Shown here one piece after another: positions 32,588 through 41,527 of a stretch of DNA of 64,000 nucleotides (positions are counted from its first letter, which is position 1; each line of letters begins with the position of its first letter). The notes beneath the pieces are model-generated. The model searched no databases and was not told the origin of the DNA. It was given only the letters and a program-made list of their open reading frames with translations. Position numbers and translations under genes: made by a program. This DNA comes from an uncultured Desulfatibacillum sp. (GTDB lineage Bacteria; Desulfobacterota; Desulfobacteria; Desulfobacterales; SpSt-501): the NCBI GenBank assembly GCA_964573635.1, contig CAZNKG010000004.1:1352-65351 (forward strand), given 5' to 3'.

Positions 32588-33613
32588 ATGGGATTGAACA
32601 TCCTCTACGGGGTCCAGGCGACCGGCAACGGCCACATCAGCCGCTCGCGCGAAGTGATCCGCTGCCTCAAGCGGGACGGCCACCGCGTCACGGTGATCCT
32701 GAGCGGCCGGGACGCCTCCCGGCTCTGGGACATGCAGGACTTCGAGCCCTATACGGTCCTGCCGGGCTTGACCTTCGCCACACGCCGCGGGCGGCTGCGC
32801 TTCCTGGAAACCGCCCGCCGCCTCAGGCTCTGCCGCTTCTACGCCGACATCCGGGCCTTCGATTGCCGCGGGTTCGACCTCGCCATCACCGACTTCGAGC
32901 CGCTCACCGCCCGCATCGCGCGCCGCAACCGCCTGCCCTCGATCGGCATCGGCCACCAGTACGCCTTCCGCTACCGGATCCCGATCGCCGGCTTCAACCC
33001 GGCCGCCTGGTACGTCATCCGCAACTTCGCGCCGGCGGACCATGCCGTCGGGCTCCACTGGCACCATTTCGAGCAGCCGATCCTGCCGCCGATCGTGCCG
33101 CCGGAGATGCCGGCGGCCGCCGCTCCGGACCCCGCCGCCGTCCTCGTCTATCTCCCCTTCGAGGAGCTCGAGGACATCCGGCGGCTGCTCGCGCCCTTCG
33201 GCGACCACGACTTTTTCGTCTACCACCCCGGCGACGCCGCCCGCGACGAGGGCCGCCTGCGCCTGCGGCCCTATTCGCGCGCGGGGTTCCTGCGGGACCT
33301 CGCCGCCTGCACCCGGGTGATCACCAACGCCGGCTTCGAGCTGGCGAGCGAGGCGCTCGTGCAGGGCAAGCAGGTGCTGGTGAAGCCGCTCGCCGGCCAG
33401 ATGGAGCAGCTTTCGAACGCCAAGGCGCTCGCCGAGCTCGGGCTGGGGACCGTGATGCCGCGCCTCGATCCCCGGGCGGTCGGCCGCCTGCTCGCGCTGC
33501 CGCCCCGGCCGCCGGTCCGCTACCCCGATGTCGCGCGGCTCGTCGCCGACTGGGTCGGCGCGGGCGACTGGCGGGACATCGAGGGGCTCTCCCGCCGCGC
33601 CTGGGGCCGGTAG
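32588..33613 (+). CDS. GT-B glycosyltransferase (MJ1255/TIGR00661-like; possible glycolipid synthase)
   Basis: The N-terminus ILYGVQATGNGHISRS is typical of this family. It has the C-terminal motif TNAGFELASEAL. The gene starts 2 nt after the PAP2 gene stop. Confidence 0.65.
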   Translation: MGLNILYGVQATGNGHISRSREVIRCLKRDGHRVTVILSGRDASRLWDMQDFEPYTVLPGLTFATRRGRLRFLETARRLRLCRFYADIRAFDCRGFDLAITDFEPLTARIARRNRLPSIGIGHQYAFRYRIPIAGFNPAAWYVIRNFAPADHAVGLHWHHFEQPILPPIVPPEMPAAAAPDPAAVLVYLPFEELEDIRRLLAPFGDHDFFVYHPGDAARDEGRLRLRPYSRAGFLRDLAACTRVITNAGFELASEALVQGKQVLVKPLAGQMEQLSNAKALAELGLGTVMPRLDPRAVGRLLALPPRPPVRYPDVARLVADWVGAGDWRDIEGLSRRAWGR

Positions 33614-33647
33614 CCCGGAAAACCCGGCCGCCGGGCGCCGCAGCGGC

Positions 33648-36053
33648 TCAATCCGGCTCGATCCGCACCATCCCCGCCCCGCCGTCCACGGTGACCCGCG
33701 CGCCCTCCGGGATGAGGCGCGTCGCCCGGCGCACGCCCACGACCGAGGGGATGCCGAGCTCGCGCGCCACGATGGAGCAGTGGTTGAGCAGCCCGCCCTC
33801 CTCCATCACGATCGCGCCGATCACGCTCAGGATCGGGGTCCAGCCGGGGTCGGTGTGCCGGGCCACGACGACGTCCCCCGGGCGGATGCGGGCGCTCGCC
33901 GGGTCGGTCACGATCACCGCCCGCCCGCTCGCCCGGCCGGCGCTTGTCCCGATGCCCGCGAGCACGGTCCCCTGCTCGGGGAAATCGAACTCGGGACGGC
34001 CGTCGACCCAGAACGTGGACGGCGCAACCGGCTTCTGAAAGCGGGCCTGCCGCCGGGCGGCGGTCCGTTCGGCCTCCTCCCGGGACGCTTTCCCCTCCAC
34101 GAGCGCCTCGATCTCCTCGGGCTTGAGGAAGAAGACCAGCGCTCCCAGCTGAAGGCGCCCCCCCAGGGCGAGGAGGTCGAGGCGGATCCGGTAGAGCACC
34201 TCGTCCATCAGGAAGCGCAGCTCCTCCCTCAGGTCCAAAAACCGCCGCGCCGTGCGCGCGAGCAGGCGCAGAAGCGGCCGGAAGCGCACCCGCCCGGCGG
34301 CGCCCGCCGGGGCCGCAGCGGCCTGCGGGCCGGCGGCGGCGCCGGAGCCCTGGGGGTGGCGCACCAGCGATTTGAGGATCGCCAAGACCTCCTCGGGCGA
34401 CTCCGCCCAGCGCGGGACGAGCAGGCTGCGGTGCCGCGCGCGGCAGCCGAAGCACGCCAGAAACCGCTCGAGCTCCGCGTCAAGCCACTCCGGGAGCCGG
34501 CCGGCGGGCTCCGCCGGCGGATCTGAGCCGAAGCGCTCCGCAAGCTTCCCGTCCCGACGGATGCGCGCCGCCGTGTCGCGAAACCAGCGCTCGATCCGCA
34601 GGGTGACGTTGTCGCCGCCGCCCCCGATGAGGGCGAGAAACTCGCCGCCGCTCATCCCGAGCCGCTCGGTCGCCACCCCCGCGAGCAGCGCGGCGCTCGC
34701 GTTGGCGTGGAAGTAGGGCCACTGGTTGTTCGCCTGCAGCCGCCGCAGCGTCTCGAGGTTCTCCTTGAGCCGCGAAAAAAGCTCGCCCGCCCCGGCGCCT
34801 TCCCGCGGCCGCGCGGGGCCTGGCAGCCGCTCGCGCAGGCCGGCGATCGCGGCCGGGGCGCGGCGCAGGCAGAGAAACGGGACCGCGCCGGGCTCGGAAA
34901 GCGGCAGCCGCAGGATCCCCAAGACGAGGCGCGCGAGCTCCGCGGGCCGCGGGCCGGCGATCTCGCCGATCGGCGCCGCCGCCGGCAGGAGCGTCTCGAG
35001 GTGGCGCAGCCTGAGGCCGCGGGGGATCCGGGCGATCACCTGCCGGATGCCTTCGACGTTCACGTAGAGGTAGCCGTCGATCACCGCGAGCGCCGGCCGC
35101 ACCGGGACGAGCCCGACCTTGCGGGATATCGCGGAGAGATCGAAGGCCGGAGCGTGGGCGAGCATCACGGCGGCCATGAAGGGCTCCAGGCGGTCGGCCC
35201 AGAGGTCGTCGGCGATCTTGCGCGTCCAGATCCCCGGCGGCGGCAGCTCGTCGTCGGCCGCCAGCGCCGTGATGGGCCGGACCTGGAGCAGCCACAGGTC
35301 GCGGCGCGGACCGACGGCCCATTCGATGTCGAGGGCGGCCCGGTCGTGGTCCGCCTCCAAGCGCCGCAGCAGCGCGGCGATTTCGAACCAGGGGGTCTCC
35401 GCCTCGAGCCGCGCGCCGGCGCGGGAGCGGGGGCGGCTTTCGATTTCGATCCGGCCCCGGCCGTTCAGCCGCGCGCGGCAGGGGGTCCGCCGGCCGCTCA
35501 CGAGGCCCTCCCCCGGGCCGTGGACCGCCTCGATCACCATTTCGTCGGCCGCCGGGCGGAGGGGGTTTTTGCTGAAAGCGACGCCGGCGATCCGCGCGGG
35601 CACCATCTGCTGGAGAATGACGGCGAGAAGCGGGGTCTGCGCCTCGGCCCCGGGGGTCGCCGCGGCCCGGAGGTAGCTTCTGACGGTCTCCGAGGAGGCG
35701 CTCTCCCAGCACGCCTCGACCCGCGCGAGGAGCTCCGCCTCGGTGGCGACCCGCAGAAAGGTTCGGTACTGGCCGGCAAAGCTGAGATCGCCCAGGTCCT
35801 CGCGCACGGCGGAGGAGCGGACGGAGAGGCCGCGGCCGAGGTCGAGGCGGTGCGCGGCCGCGAGGACCTCCGCGCGCAGTCCGTCGGCCCAGGTCCCGGC
35901 GACGAGATAATGGCGGTGGGCGGCCGTCGTGATCGCCCGGGCCGCCGGCACGGGGAACCCGCGGGCGGACGCCCGGGCCAGGTGGAAAAACTTCATTCCG
36001 ACGAGCTGCGGGTCTGCGGCTCGCGGATCGGTGAACGCGGCGACAAACGCCAT
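33648..36053 (-). CDS. PEP-utilising-enzyme family protein (PPDK_N-type ATP-grasp plus C-terminal swivel phosphohistidine domain, no TIM-barrel domain)
   Basis: GAGGAGG lies 6 nt upstream of the ATG. The C-terminus GTSAGRASGRAVIV...ARHTDPGWTPILSVIGAIVMEEGGLLNHCSIVARELGIPSV is the mobile His domain. The N-terminus resembles the PEP/pyruvate-binding ATP-grasp domain. Confidence 0.75.
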   Translation of the reverse strand: MAFVAAFTDPRAADPQLVGMKFFHLARASARGFPVPAARAITTAAHRHYLVAGTWADGLRAEVLAAAHRLDLGRGLSVRSSAVREDLGDLSFAGQYRTFLRVATEAELLARVEACWESASSETVRSYLRAAATPGAEAQTPLLAVILQQMVPARIAGVAFSKNPLRPAADEMVIEAVHGPGEGLVSGRRTPCRARLNGRGRIEIESRPRSRAGARLEAETPWFEIAALLRRLEADHDRAALDIEWAVGPRRDLWLLQVRPITALAADDELPPPGIWTRKIADDLWADRLEPFMAAVMLAHAPAFDLSAISRKVGLVPVRPALAVIDGYLYVNVEGIRQVIARIPRGLRLRHLETLLPAAAPIGEIAGPRPAELARLVLGILRLPLSEPGAVPFLCLRRAPAAIAGLRERLPGPARPREGAGAGELFSRLKENLETLRRLQANNQWPYFHANASAALLAGVATERLGMSGGEFLALIGGGGDNVTLRIERWFRDTAARIRRDGKLAERFGSDPPAEPAGRLPEWLDAELERFLACFGCRARHRSLLVPRWAESPEEVLAILKSLVRHPQGSGAAAGPQAAAAPAGAAGRVRFRPLLRLLARTARRFLDLREELRFLMDEVLYRIRLDLLALGGRLQLGALVFFLKPEEIEALVEGKASREEAERTAARRQARFQKPVAPSTFWVDGRPEFDFPEQGTVLAGIGTSAGRASGRAVIVTDPASARIRPGDVVVARHTDPGWTPILSVIGAIVMEEGGLLNHCSIVARELGIPSVVGVRRATRLIPEGARVTVDGGAGMVRIEPD

Positions 36054-36168
36054 CGGCGCCTCCTCAACCCTTGCATGCTCCCCCGCCGGTGTTTGCCGCG
36101 CGCTAATTTTCGGTTAGTTTTCGCCGGCGCGGGCCGACCGCCGGCCGGCCGGCCGGGGGTCACGATCA

Positions 36169-36195
36169 TTTAATGCGGCGCTCACACCCACCGAA
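36169..36195 (+). promoter_or_regulatory. Candidate Pho-box-like repeats upstream of the small Cys-rich gene
   Basis: TTAAT 36169, CTCAC 36180 and CGAAC 36191, in 11-bp phase, 45 nt upstream of the ATG at 36240. Confidence 0.35.
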
Positions 36196-36239
36196 CACGG
36201 CGGCGGCAGAGTCGGCCGACTTACCGAAGGAGGGATGCC

Positions 36240-36473
36240 ATGACACGCTTGCGCCGCATCAATCCCTGCCGGTCGTGCGTGCTGATCGACGCCGACAAGA
36301 ACAACGCCACCTGCCTGAACTGCCGGAGGCGGGTCGCCTACGTCGACGGCCTGCAAAGCGATCTGAGCTTCTGCGCCGGCCGGTCGGCCGAGGCCCCGCC
36401 GCTCGCCGGATGGGGGGGGATCCCGCGTCGGGCGGGGTGCGCCGCGTGCCCGCCGGACGGCCCCTTCGATTGA
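36240..36473 (+). CDS. Small Cys-rich (zinc-ribbon-like) hypothetical protein, 77 aa
   Basis: A strong RBS, AAGGAGGG, lies 5 nt upstream. The protein has a CRSC...CLNC pair (CxxC-X14-CxxC). Confidence 0.6.
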   Translation: MTRLRRINPCRSCVLIDADKNNATCLNCRRRVAYVDGLQSDLSFCAGRSAEAPPLAGWGGIPRRAGCAACPPDGPFD

Positions 36474-36540
36474 CGCCGCCGGACGGAAGCTCCCGCGCCC
36501 CCCCGGGCCGCGGCTCGCGGCGCCGTTGATCCACCGCCTG

Positions 36541-36594
36541 CTAACGCAAGGTTAACCGCTTGCTAACATAGACCTAACAATTCGGCCATACCTT
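36541..36594 (+). promoter_or_regulatory. Candidate Pho box (four repeats) plus -10-like TACCTT for pstC
   Basis: CTAAC 36541, TTAAC 36552, CTAAC 36563 and CTAAC 36574, in exact 11-bp phase. TAnnnT lies at 36589-36594. The ATG is at 36636. Confidence 0.7.
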
Positions 36595-36635
36595 ACCGCC
36601 GCCAGCACGATTGACGCCGACAACCGGGAGTCGCC

Positions 36636-38027
36636 ATGGCGCCCTTCAATCTTCTGATCGTTCTATTGGGCCTTTCCGCGGCGGCCTACTTTTTCGGCCG
36701 GCGCCAGGCCCTCGCCGTGGATGCCGTGCGGGGCGCCGCCGTGCGGCTGCACTCGCGCCCCACCTACCACGGCGCCCTCGTCGCGCTGTGGTGCGCGATC
36801 CCGGCGCTGCTCGTTCTCGGGCTGTGGCTGGCGCTCGAGACCCAGGTCATCACCCACCTGGTGGTCGGCGACCTGCCGGAGCCGTTCCGCTCCCTGCCCC
36901 GGGACCGCCTGGGCCTGGTCGTGAACGACATCCGCAACCTGGAGAGCGGCAACGTCGCCGCCGGCCAGGCGGTCGAGCCCGCCATGCGGGCGGCGGCCGA
37001 CCACTACCGCCGGCTGCGGGCGGTGAGCCATGCGGCCCTCGCCGTGGTGACGATCGGGCTGGCGGCCGGCGCGGCGCTTTTCGTGCGCCGCCTGATCACC
37101 CCCGCCCTGCGCGCCCGCAACCAGGTCGAGGGCATCTTCCGGGTGATCCTGGTCGCCTGCTCGACGCTCGCCATCTTCACGACCCTCGGGATCATCCTCT
37201 CGGTCCTCTACGAGGCGATCCTCTTCTTCCGGATCATCCCGCCCGGCGATTTCCTCCTCGGCCTCGACTGGAGCCCGCAGATGGCCATCCGCGCCGACCA
37301 GGTGGGCTCCTCCGGCGCCTTCGGCGCGGTGCCGGTCTTTTTGGGGACCGCCCTGATTTCGGCCATCGCCATGGTCGTCGCCGTCCCGATCGGGCTGATG
37401 TCGGCGATCTACCTCTCGGAGTACGCGAGCAAGCGCTTCCGGGCGGTCGCCAAGCCGCTGATCGAGGTGCTCGCGGGGATCCCCACCGTGGTCTACGGCT
37501 TTTTCGCCGCCCTGACGGTGGCGCCCTTCCTGCGGGCGGCGGGCGGCCTTCTCGGGCTGGACGTCGCCTCCGAGAGCGCGCTCGCCGCGGGCCTCGTCAT
37601 GGGGATCATGATCATTCCCTTCGTCTCCTCCCTCTCCGACGACTTCATCAACGCCGTGCCCCAGTCGCTGCGCGACGGCGCCTACAGCCTCGGGGCCACG
37701 AAGTCGGAGACCATCCGGCAGGTGATTCTGCCGGCGGCGATCCCCGGGATCATCGGCGGGGTCCTGCTCGCCGTATCGCGCGCCATCGGCGAAACCATGA
37801 TCGTCGTCATGGCGGCCGGGCTCTCGGCCAACCTCACCGTGAACCCCCTGGAAACCGTCACCACCGTCACGGTCCAGATCGTCACCCTGCTCGTGGGCGA
37901 CCAGGAGTTCGACAGCCCGAAGACGCTCGCCGCCTTCGCGCTGGGGCTGGTCCTGTTCGTCGTCACCCTGTGCCTCAACATCATCGCGCTCGTCGTCGTG
38001 CGCCGCTATCGGGAGCAGTATGAGTAA
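36636..38027 (+). CDS. pstC: Phosphate ABC transporter permease PstC (long form)
   Basis: GGGAG RBS. Polytopic permease with the EAA-type loop SLRDGAYSLGATKSETI, followed by pstA. Confidence 0.9.
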   Translation: MAPFNLLIVLLGLSAAAYFFGRRQALAVDAVRGAAVRLHSRPTYHGALVALWCAIPALLVLGLWLALETQVITHLVVGDLPEPFRSLPRDRLGLVVNDIRNLESGNVAAGQAVEPAMRAAADHYRRLRAVSHAALAVVTIGLAAGAALFVRRLITPALRARNQVEGIFRVILVACSTLAIFTTLGIILSVLYEAILFFRIIPPGDFLLGLDWSPQMAIRADQVGSSGAFGAVPVFLGTALISAIAMVVAVPIGLMSAIYLSEYASKRFRAVAKPLIEVLAGIPTVVYGFFAALTVAPFLRAAGGLLGLDVASESALAAGLVMGIMIIPFVSSLSDDFINAVPQSLRDGAYSLGATKSETIRQVILPAAIPGIIGGVLLAVSRAIGETMIVVMAAGLSANLTVNPLETVTTVTVQIVTLLVGDQEFDSPKTLAAFALGLVLFVVTLCLNIIALVVVRRYREQYE

Positions 38028-39312
38028 CGCCGCGCCTCCGCCCGCCGCCCCCGCCCGGCGGACCATCGACATCGTCAACCGGAGCCTGGCCCGCCGCTAC
38101 CGCGCCGAGCGCCGTTTCCGCTTCTACGGGGCCACGGCCATCGTGGCAAGCATCGCCTTCCTCGCCATCCTCTTCGCGAGCATCATCGGCAACGGCGCCA
38201 CCGCCTTCCGCCAGACCTTCATCCGGCTGCCGGTCTTTTTCGACCCCGACGTGCTGAAGCGCGACACCCTCGCCCAGGCGGACTACGCCGCGCTCGTCCG
38301 CGCCGCCCTCGCCGCCCAGTTCCCCGAGGTCGAGGGCCGGCAGGAGAAGCGGCTGCTGAACGCGCTCGTCAGCGGCGGCGCGGCGTACGCGCTCCGGGAC
38401 ATCGCGCTCGCCGACCCGGCCGTCGTCGGGGCGACCCGGGAGGTGTGGCTGGCGGCCGACGACGACATCGACATGTTCGTGAAGGGCCACTTCCCGCGCG
38501 AGCTGCCCGCAAGCGAGCGGCGCATCACCGACCAGCAGATCGCCTGGATCGACCGGCTGGCGGCGGAGGGGCGCCTGACGAAGCAGTTCAACACGACCTT
38601 CCTCACCGCCGGGGACTCGCGCGAGCCGGAGCTCGCCGGGATCTGGGGCGCGGTCGCCGGGTCCTTCTTCACCCTGGTGGTCACGCTCATCCTGTCGTTT
38701 CCGATCGGGGTCGCGGCCGCCGTCTATCTCGAGGAGTTCGCGAAGAAGAACCGCCTGACCGACCTGATCGAGGTCAACATCAACAACCTCGCCGCCGTGC
38801 CCTCCATCGTCTTCGGGCTCCTGGGGCTCGCGGTCTTCCTCAACTTCTTCGGGCTGCCGCGCTCCGCCCCGCTCGTCGGGGGACTCGTGCTCACCCTCAT
38901 GACGCTGCCGACCATCATCATCGCCAGCCGCTCCGCGCTCAAGTCGGTGCCGCCCTCGATCCGCGAGGCGGCGCTCGGGGTCGGCGCCTCCCAGATGCAG
39001 ATGGTCCTGCACCACGTGCTGCCGCTCGCGCTGCCCGGCATGTTGACCGGGACCATCATCGGGATGGCCCGGGCGCTCGGGGAGAGCGCCCCGCTGCTCA
39101 TGATCGGGATGGTCGCCTTCATCGTCGACATCCCCAAGGGCTTCACCGACCCGTCGACGGTGCTCCCGGTCCAGATCTACCTCTGGGCCGACAGCCCCGA
39201 GCGGGCCTTCGTCGAGCGCACCTCGGCGGCGATCATCGTGCTCCTCGGCTTTCTGCTGGTGATGAACGCCGGGGCCATCATCCTGCGCCGGAAATTCGAG
39301 CGGCGCTGGTAG
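38020..39312 (+). CDS. pstA: Phosphate ABC transporter permease PstA (long form)
   Basis: It overlaps pstC by 8 nt. It has the loop SIREAALGVGASQMQMV and the C-terminal motif typical of PstA. Confidence 0.9.
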   Translation: MSNAAPPPAAPARRTIDIVNRSLARRYRAERRFRFYGATAIVASIAFLAILFASIIGNGATAFRQTFIRLPVFFDPDVLKRDTLAQADYAALVRAALAAQFPEVEGRQEKRLLNALVSGGAAYALRDIALADPAVVGATREVWLAADDDIDMFVKGHFPRELPASERRITDQQIAWIDRLAAEGRLTKQFNTTFLTAGDSREPELAGIWGAVAGSFFTLVVTLILSFPIGVAAAVYLEEFAKKNRLTDLIEVNINNLAAVPSIVFGLLGLAVFLNFFGLPRSAPLVGGLVLTLMTLPTIIIASRSALKSVPPSIREAALGVGASQMQMVLHHVLPLALPGMLTGTIIGMARALGESAPLLMIGMVAFIVDIPKGFTDPSTVLPVQIYLWADSPERAFVERTSAAIIVLLGFLLVMNAGAIILRRKFERRW

Positions 39313-39340
39313 CCCCCGCGCGGCGGGGCCGGCGGGCGGC

Positions 39341-39394
39341 GAAACGAAAATCGAACACGGGGCTAACCATCGCCTCACACCCGCGGGCTAGGTT
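39341..39394 (+). promoter_or_regulatory. Candidate internal Pho box plus -10-like TAGGTT for pstS
   Basis: GAAAC 39341, CGAAC 39352, CTAAC 39363 and CTCAC 39374, in 11-bp phase. TAGGTT at 39389-39394 follows 8 nt after the extended repeat (CTCACAC, ending 39380). Confidence 0.55.
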
Positions 39395-39453
39395 GGCTTC
39401 GGGTTTCATCATCCGGGCCGACGGGCCCACACCAACCATTTAGGAGGATGGCA

Positions 39454-40506
39454 ATGAAGAAAACCGTGGTTTGGATGGCGGCCGCCGCGTTCCTCGCGGC
39501 CGCGGCCGGCACCGCAGCGGCCCAGCAGCGCGACGGGATCAGCATCGTCGGTTCGTCCACCGTCTACCCCTTCGCCACCGTGGTCGCCGAGAAATTCGGC
39601 AAGACCGGCGGCTTCAAGACCCCCAAGATCGAATCCACCGGCACCGGCGGCGGCTTCAAGCTCTTCTGCGGCGGGGTCGGGGTCGGGCACCCGGACATCA
39701 CCAACGCCTCGCGCGCCATCAAGGCGGGCGAGTTCGAGACCTGCCAGAAGAACGGCGTGACCGAGGTGATCGAGGTCAAGATCGGCTACGACGGCATCGT
39801 GATCGCCAACGCCAAGAAGGCCGCCCCGATCAAGCTCACGCGCAAGGAGATCTTCCTGGCGCTCGCCAAGGAGGTCCCGGACCCCGCGGACCCGGCCAAG
39901 CTGGTCCCCAACCCCTACAAGACCTGGAAGGCGATCAACCCGGCGCTGCCCGATGTCAAGATCGAGGTCCTCGGCCCGCCGCCGACCTCCGGCACCCGCG
40001 ACGCCTTCGTCGAGCTCGCCATGGAGACCGGGGCCGAGAAGATCGAGTCCCTCAAAGCGCTCAAATCGAGCGACGCCAAGGCCTTCCAGAAGGTCTTCGC
40101 CTCGATCCGCGAGGACGGGGCCTACATCGAGGCCGGCGAGAACGACAACCTGATCGTCCAGAAGCTCGTCGCCAACCCGAACGCCTTCGGCATCTTCGGC
40201 TTCAGCTTCCTCGACCAGAACGCCGACCGGATCCAGGGGGCGCTCGTCGAGGAGGCGCCGCCCACCTTCGAGAACATCGCCAGCGGCAAGTACCCCCTCT
40301 CCCGGCCGCTCTTCTTCTACGTGAAGAAGGCCCACGTGGGCGTCATCCCGGGGATCAAGGAGTACCTCGCGGAGTTCACCAGCGAGAAGGCCTGGGGCAA
40401 GGACGGCTACCTGAGCGAGAAGGGGCTGATCCCGCTGCCGGAGGCCGAGCGCAAGCAGGTCGCGCAGAACGTCGCCCAGATGAAGGTCCTGACCGAGGTG
40501 AAGTAG
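39454..40506 (+). CDS. pstS: Phosphate-binding protein PstS family (PBP_like_2)
   Basis: AGGAGG lies 6 nt upstream of the ATG at 39454. It has a signal peptide plus the [16 protein letters not shown] and SGTRD motifs. Confidence 0.9.
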   Translation: MKKTVVWMAAAAFLAAAAGTAAAQQRDGISIVGSSTVYPFATVVAEKFGKTGGFKTPKIESTGTGGGFKLFCGGVGVGHPDITNASRAIKAGEFETCQKNGVTEVIEVKIGYDGIVIANAKKAAPIKLTRKEIFLALAKEVPDPADPAKLVPNPYKTWKAINPALPDVKIEVLGPPPTSGTRDAFVELAMETGAEKIESLKALKSSDAKAFQKVFASIREDGAYIEAGENDNLIVQKLVANPNAFGIFGFSFLDQNADRIQGALVEEAPPTFENIASGKYPLSRPLFFYVKKAHVGVIPGIKEYLAEFTSEKAWGKDGYLSEKGLIPLPEAERKQVAQNVAQMKVLTEVK

Positions 40507-40530
40507 CCGCACCCGACGGGATCCCGAGAC

Positions 40531-40567
40531 GCGGCGCGGGCCGGCCTCCGTGCGCGGCCCGCGCCGC
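40531..40567 (+). other. 13-bp GC stem-loop immediately after pstS
   Basis: GCGGCGCGGGCCG (40531-40543) pairs perfectly with CGGCCCGCGCCGC (40555-40567). The loop is 11 nt and no U-tract follows. Confidence 0.6.
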
Positions 40568-40604
40568 CATTCACCCATCCGAAACTACCCCTCGGGCGGA
40601 AATC

Positions 40605-41495
40605 ATGGTATCGTTGACGCGGATGAACGCAAAGGGGTTCGTGGGGACCATGCCGGAAGAAACCGCAGCGTCGACGTCGTCGGGGACGACCCGGGTGAGC
40701 CGCGACCTGCGCGAAACGGTCGGCCGCATCACGGTCGACAACCCGCGCATGACCTGCCGCGGCGTCAATGTCTGGTACGGCGACAAGCACGCGATCCGCA
40801 ACGTCTCGATCGACATCGGCCGCAACGAGGTGCTCGCCATGATCGGGCCGTCGGGCTGCGGCAAGTCGACCTTCATCCGCTGCCTGAACCGCATGAACGA
40901 CACGATCGACGGCTGCCGGGTCACGGGCGAGATCCTGCTCGACGGCGTCGACATCCACGGCCGGAACATCGACGTCGTGCCGCTGCGCGCCCAGGTCGGA
41001 ATGGTGTTCCAGAAGCCCAACCCCTTCCCCAAGTCGATCTACGAAAACGTGGCCTACGGGCCGCGCATCCACGGGCTCGCCCGGGGAAAAAGCGAGCTCG
41101 ACGAGATCGTCGAGACCTCGCTCATGAAAGCCGGGCTGTGGGAGGAGGTCAAGGACCGCCTGGACCAGCCCGGGACGGGGCTCTCCGGCGGCCAGCAGCA
41201 GCGCCTGTGCATCGCCCGGACGATCGCCGTCAACCCCGAGATCATCCTCATGGACGAGCCCTGCTCGGCGCTCGACCCGATCGCGACCTCGGTGATCGAG
41301 GACCTGATCTTCGAGCTGCGCGCGCAGTACTCCATCTGCATCGTCACCCACTCGATGCAGCAGGCCGCGCGCGTCTCCCAGCGCACGGCCTACTTCCACC
41401 TGGGCGACCTGATCGAGGTCGGCCCGACCGACCGGATCTTCACCAATCCCCGCCACGAGCTCACCCAGGACTACATCACCGGCCGCTTCGGCTGA
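40605..41495 (+). CDS. pstB: Phosphate ABC transporter ATPase PstB (start uncertain; ATG at 40650 also possible)
   Basis: [54 protein letters not shown] and ILMDEP. Confidence 0.9.
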   Translation: MVSLTRMNAKGFVGTMPEETAASTSSGTTRVSRDLRETVGRITVDNPRMTCRGVNVWYGDKHAIRNVSIDIGRNEVLAMIGPSGCGKSTFIRCLNRMNDTIDGCRVTGEILLDGVDIHGRNIDVVPLRAQVGMVFQKPNPFPKSIYENVAYGPRIHGLARGKSELDEIVETSLMKAGLWEEVKDRLDQPGTGLSGGQQQRLCIARTIAVNPEIILMDEPCSALDPIATSVIEDLIFELRAQYSICIVTHSMQQAARVSQRTAYFHLGDLIEVGPTDRIFTNPRHELTQDYITGRFG

Positions 41496-41527
41496 TCGGC
41501 GCGGCGCGGTCCCCCCGGCGGCCCGCT

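Noticed and set aside
36101-36116. GCTAATTTTCGGTTAG upstream of the PEP-utilising-enzyme gene, considered as a full Pho box
   Set aside because: It has one good pentamer (GTTAG, 36112) and a partner that fits better as an inverted CTAA-N7-TTAG element than as a phased direct repeat. This is not enough to call a box.
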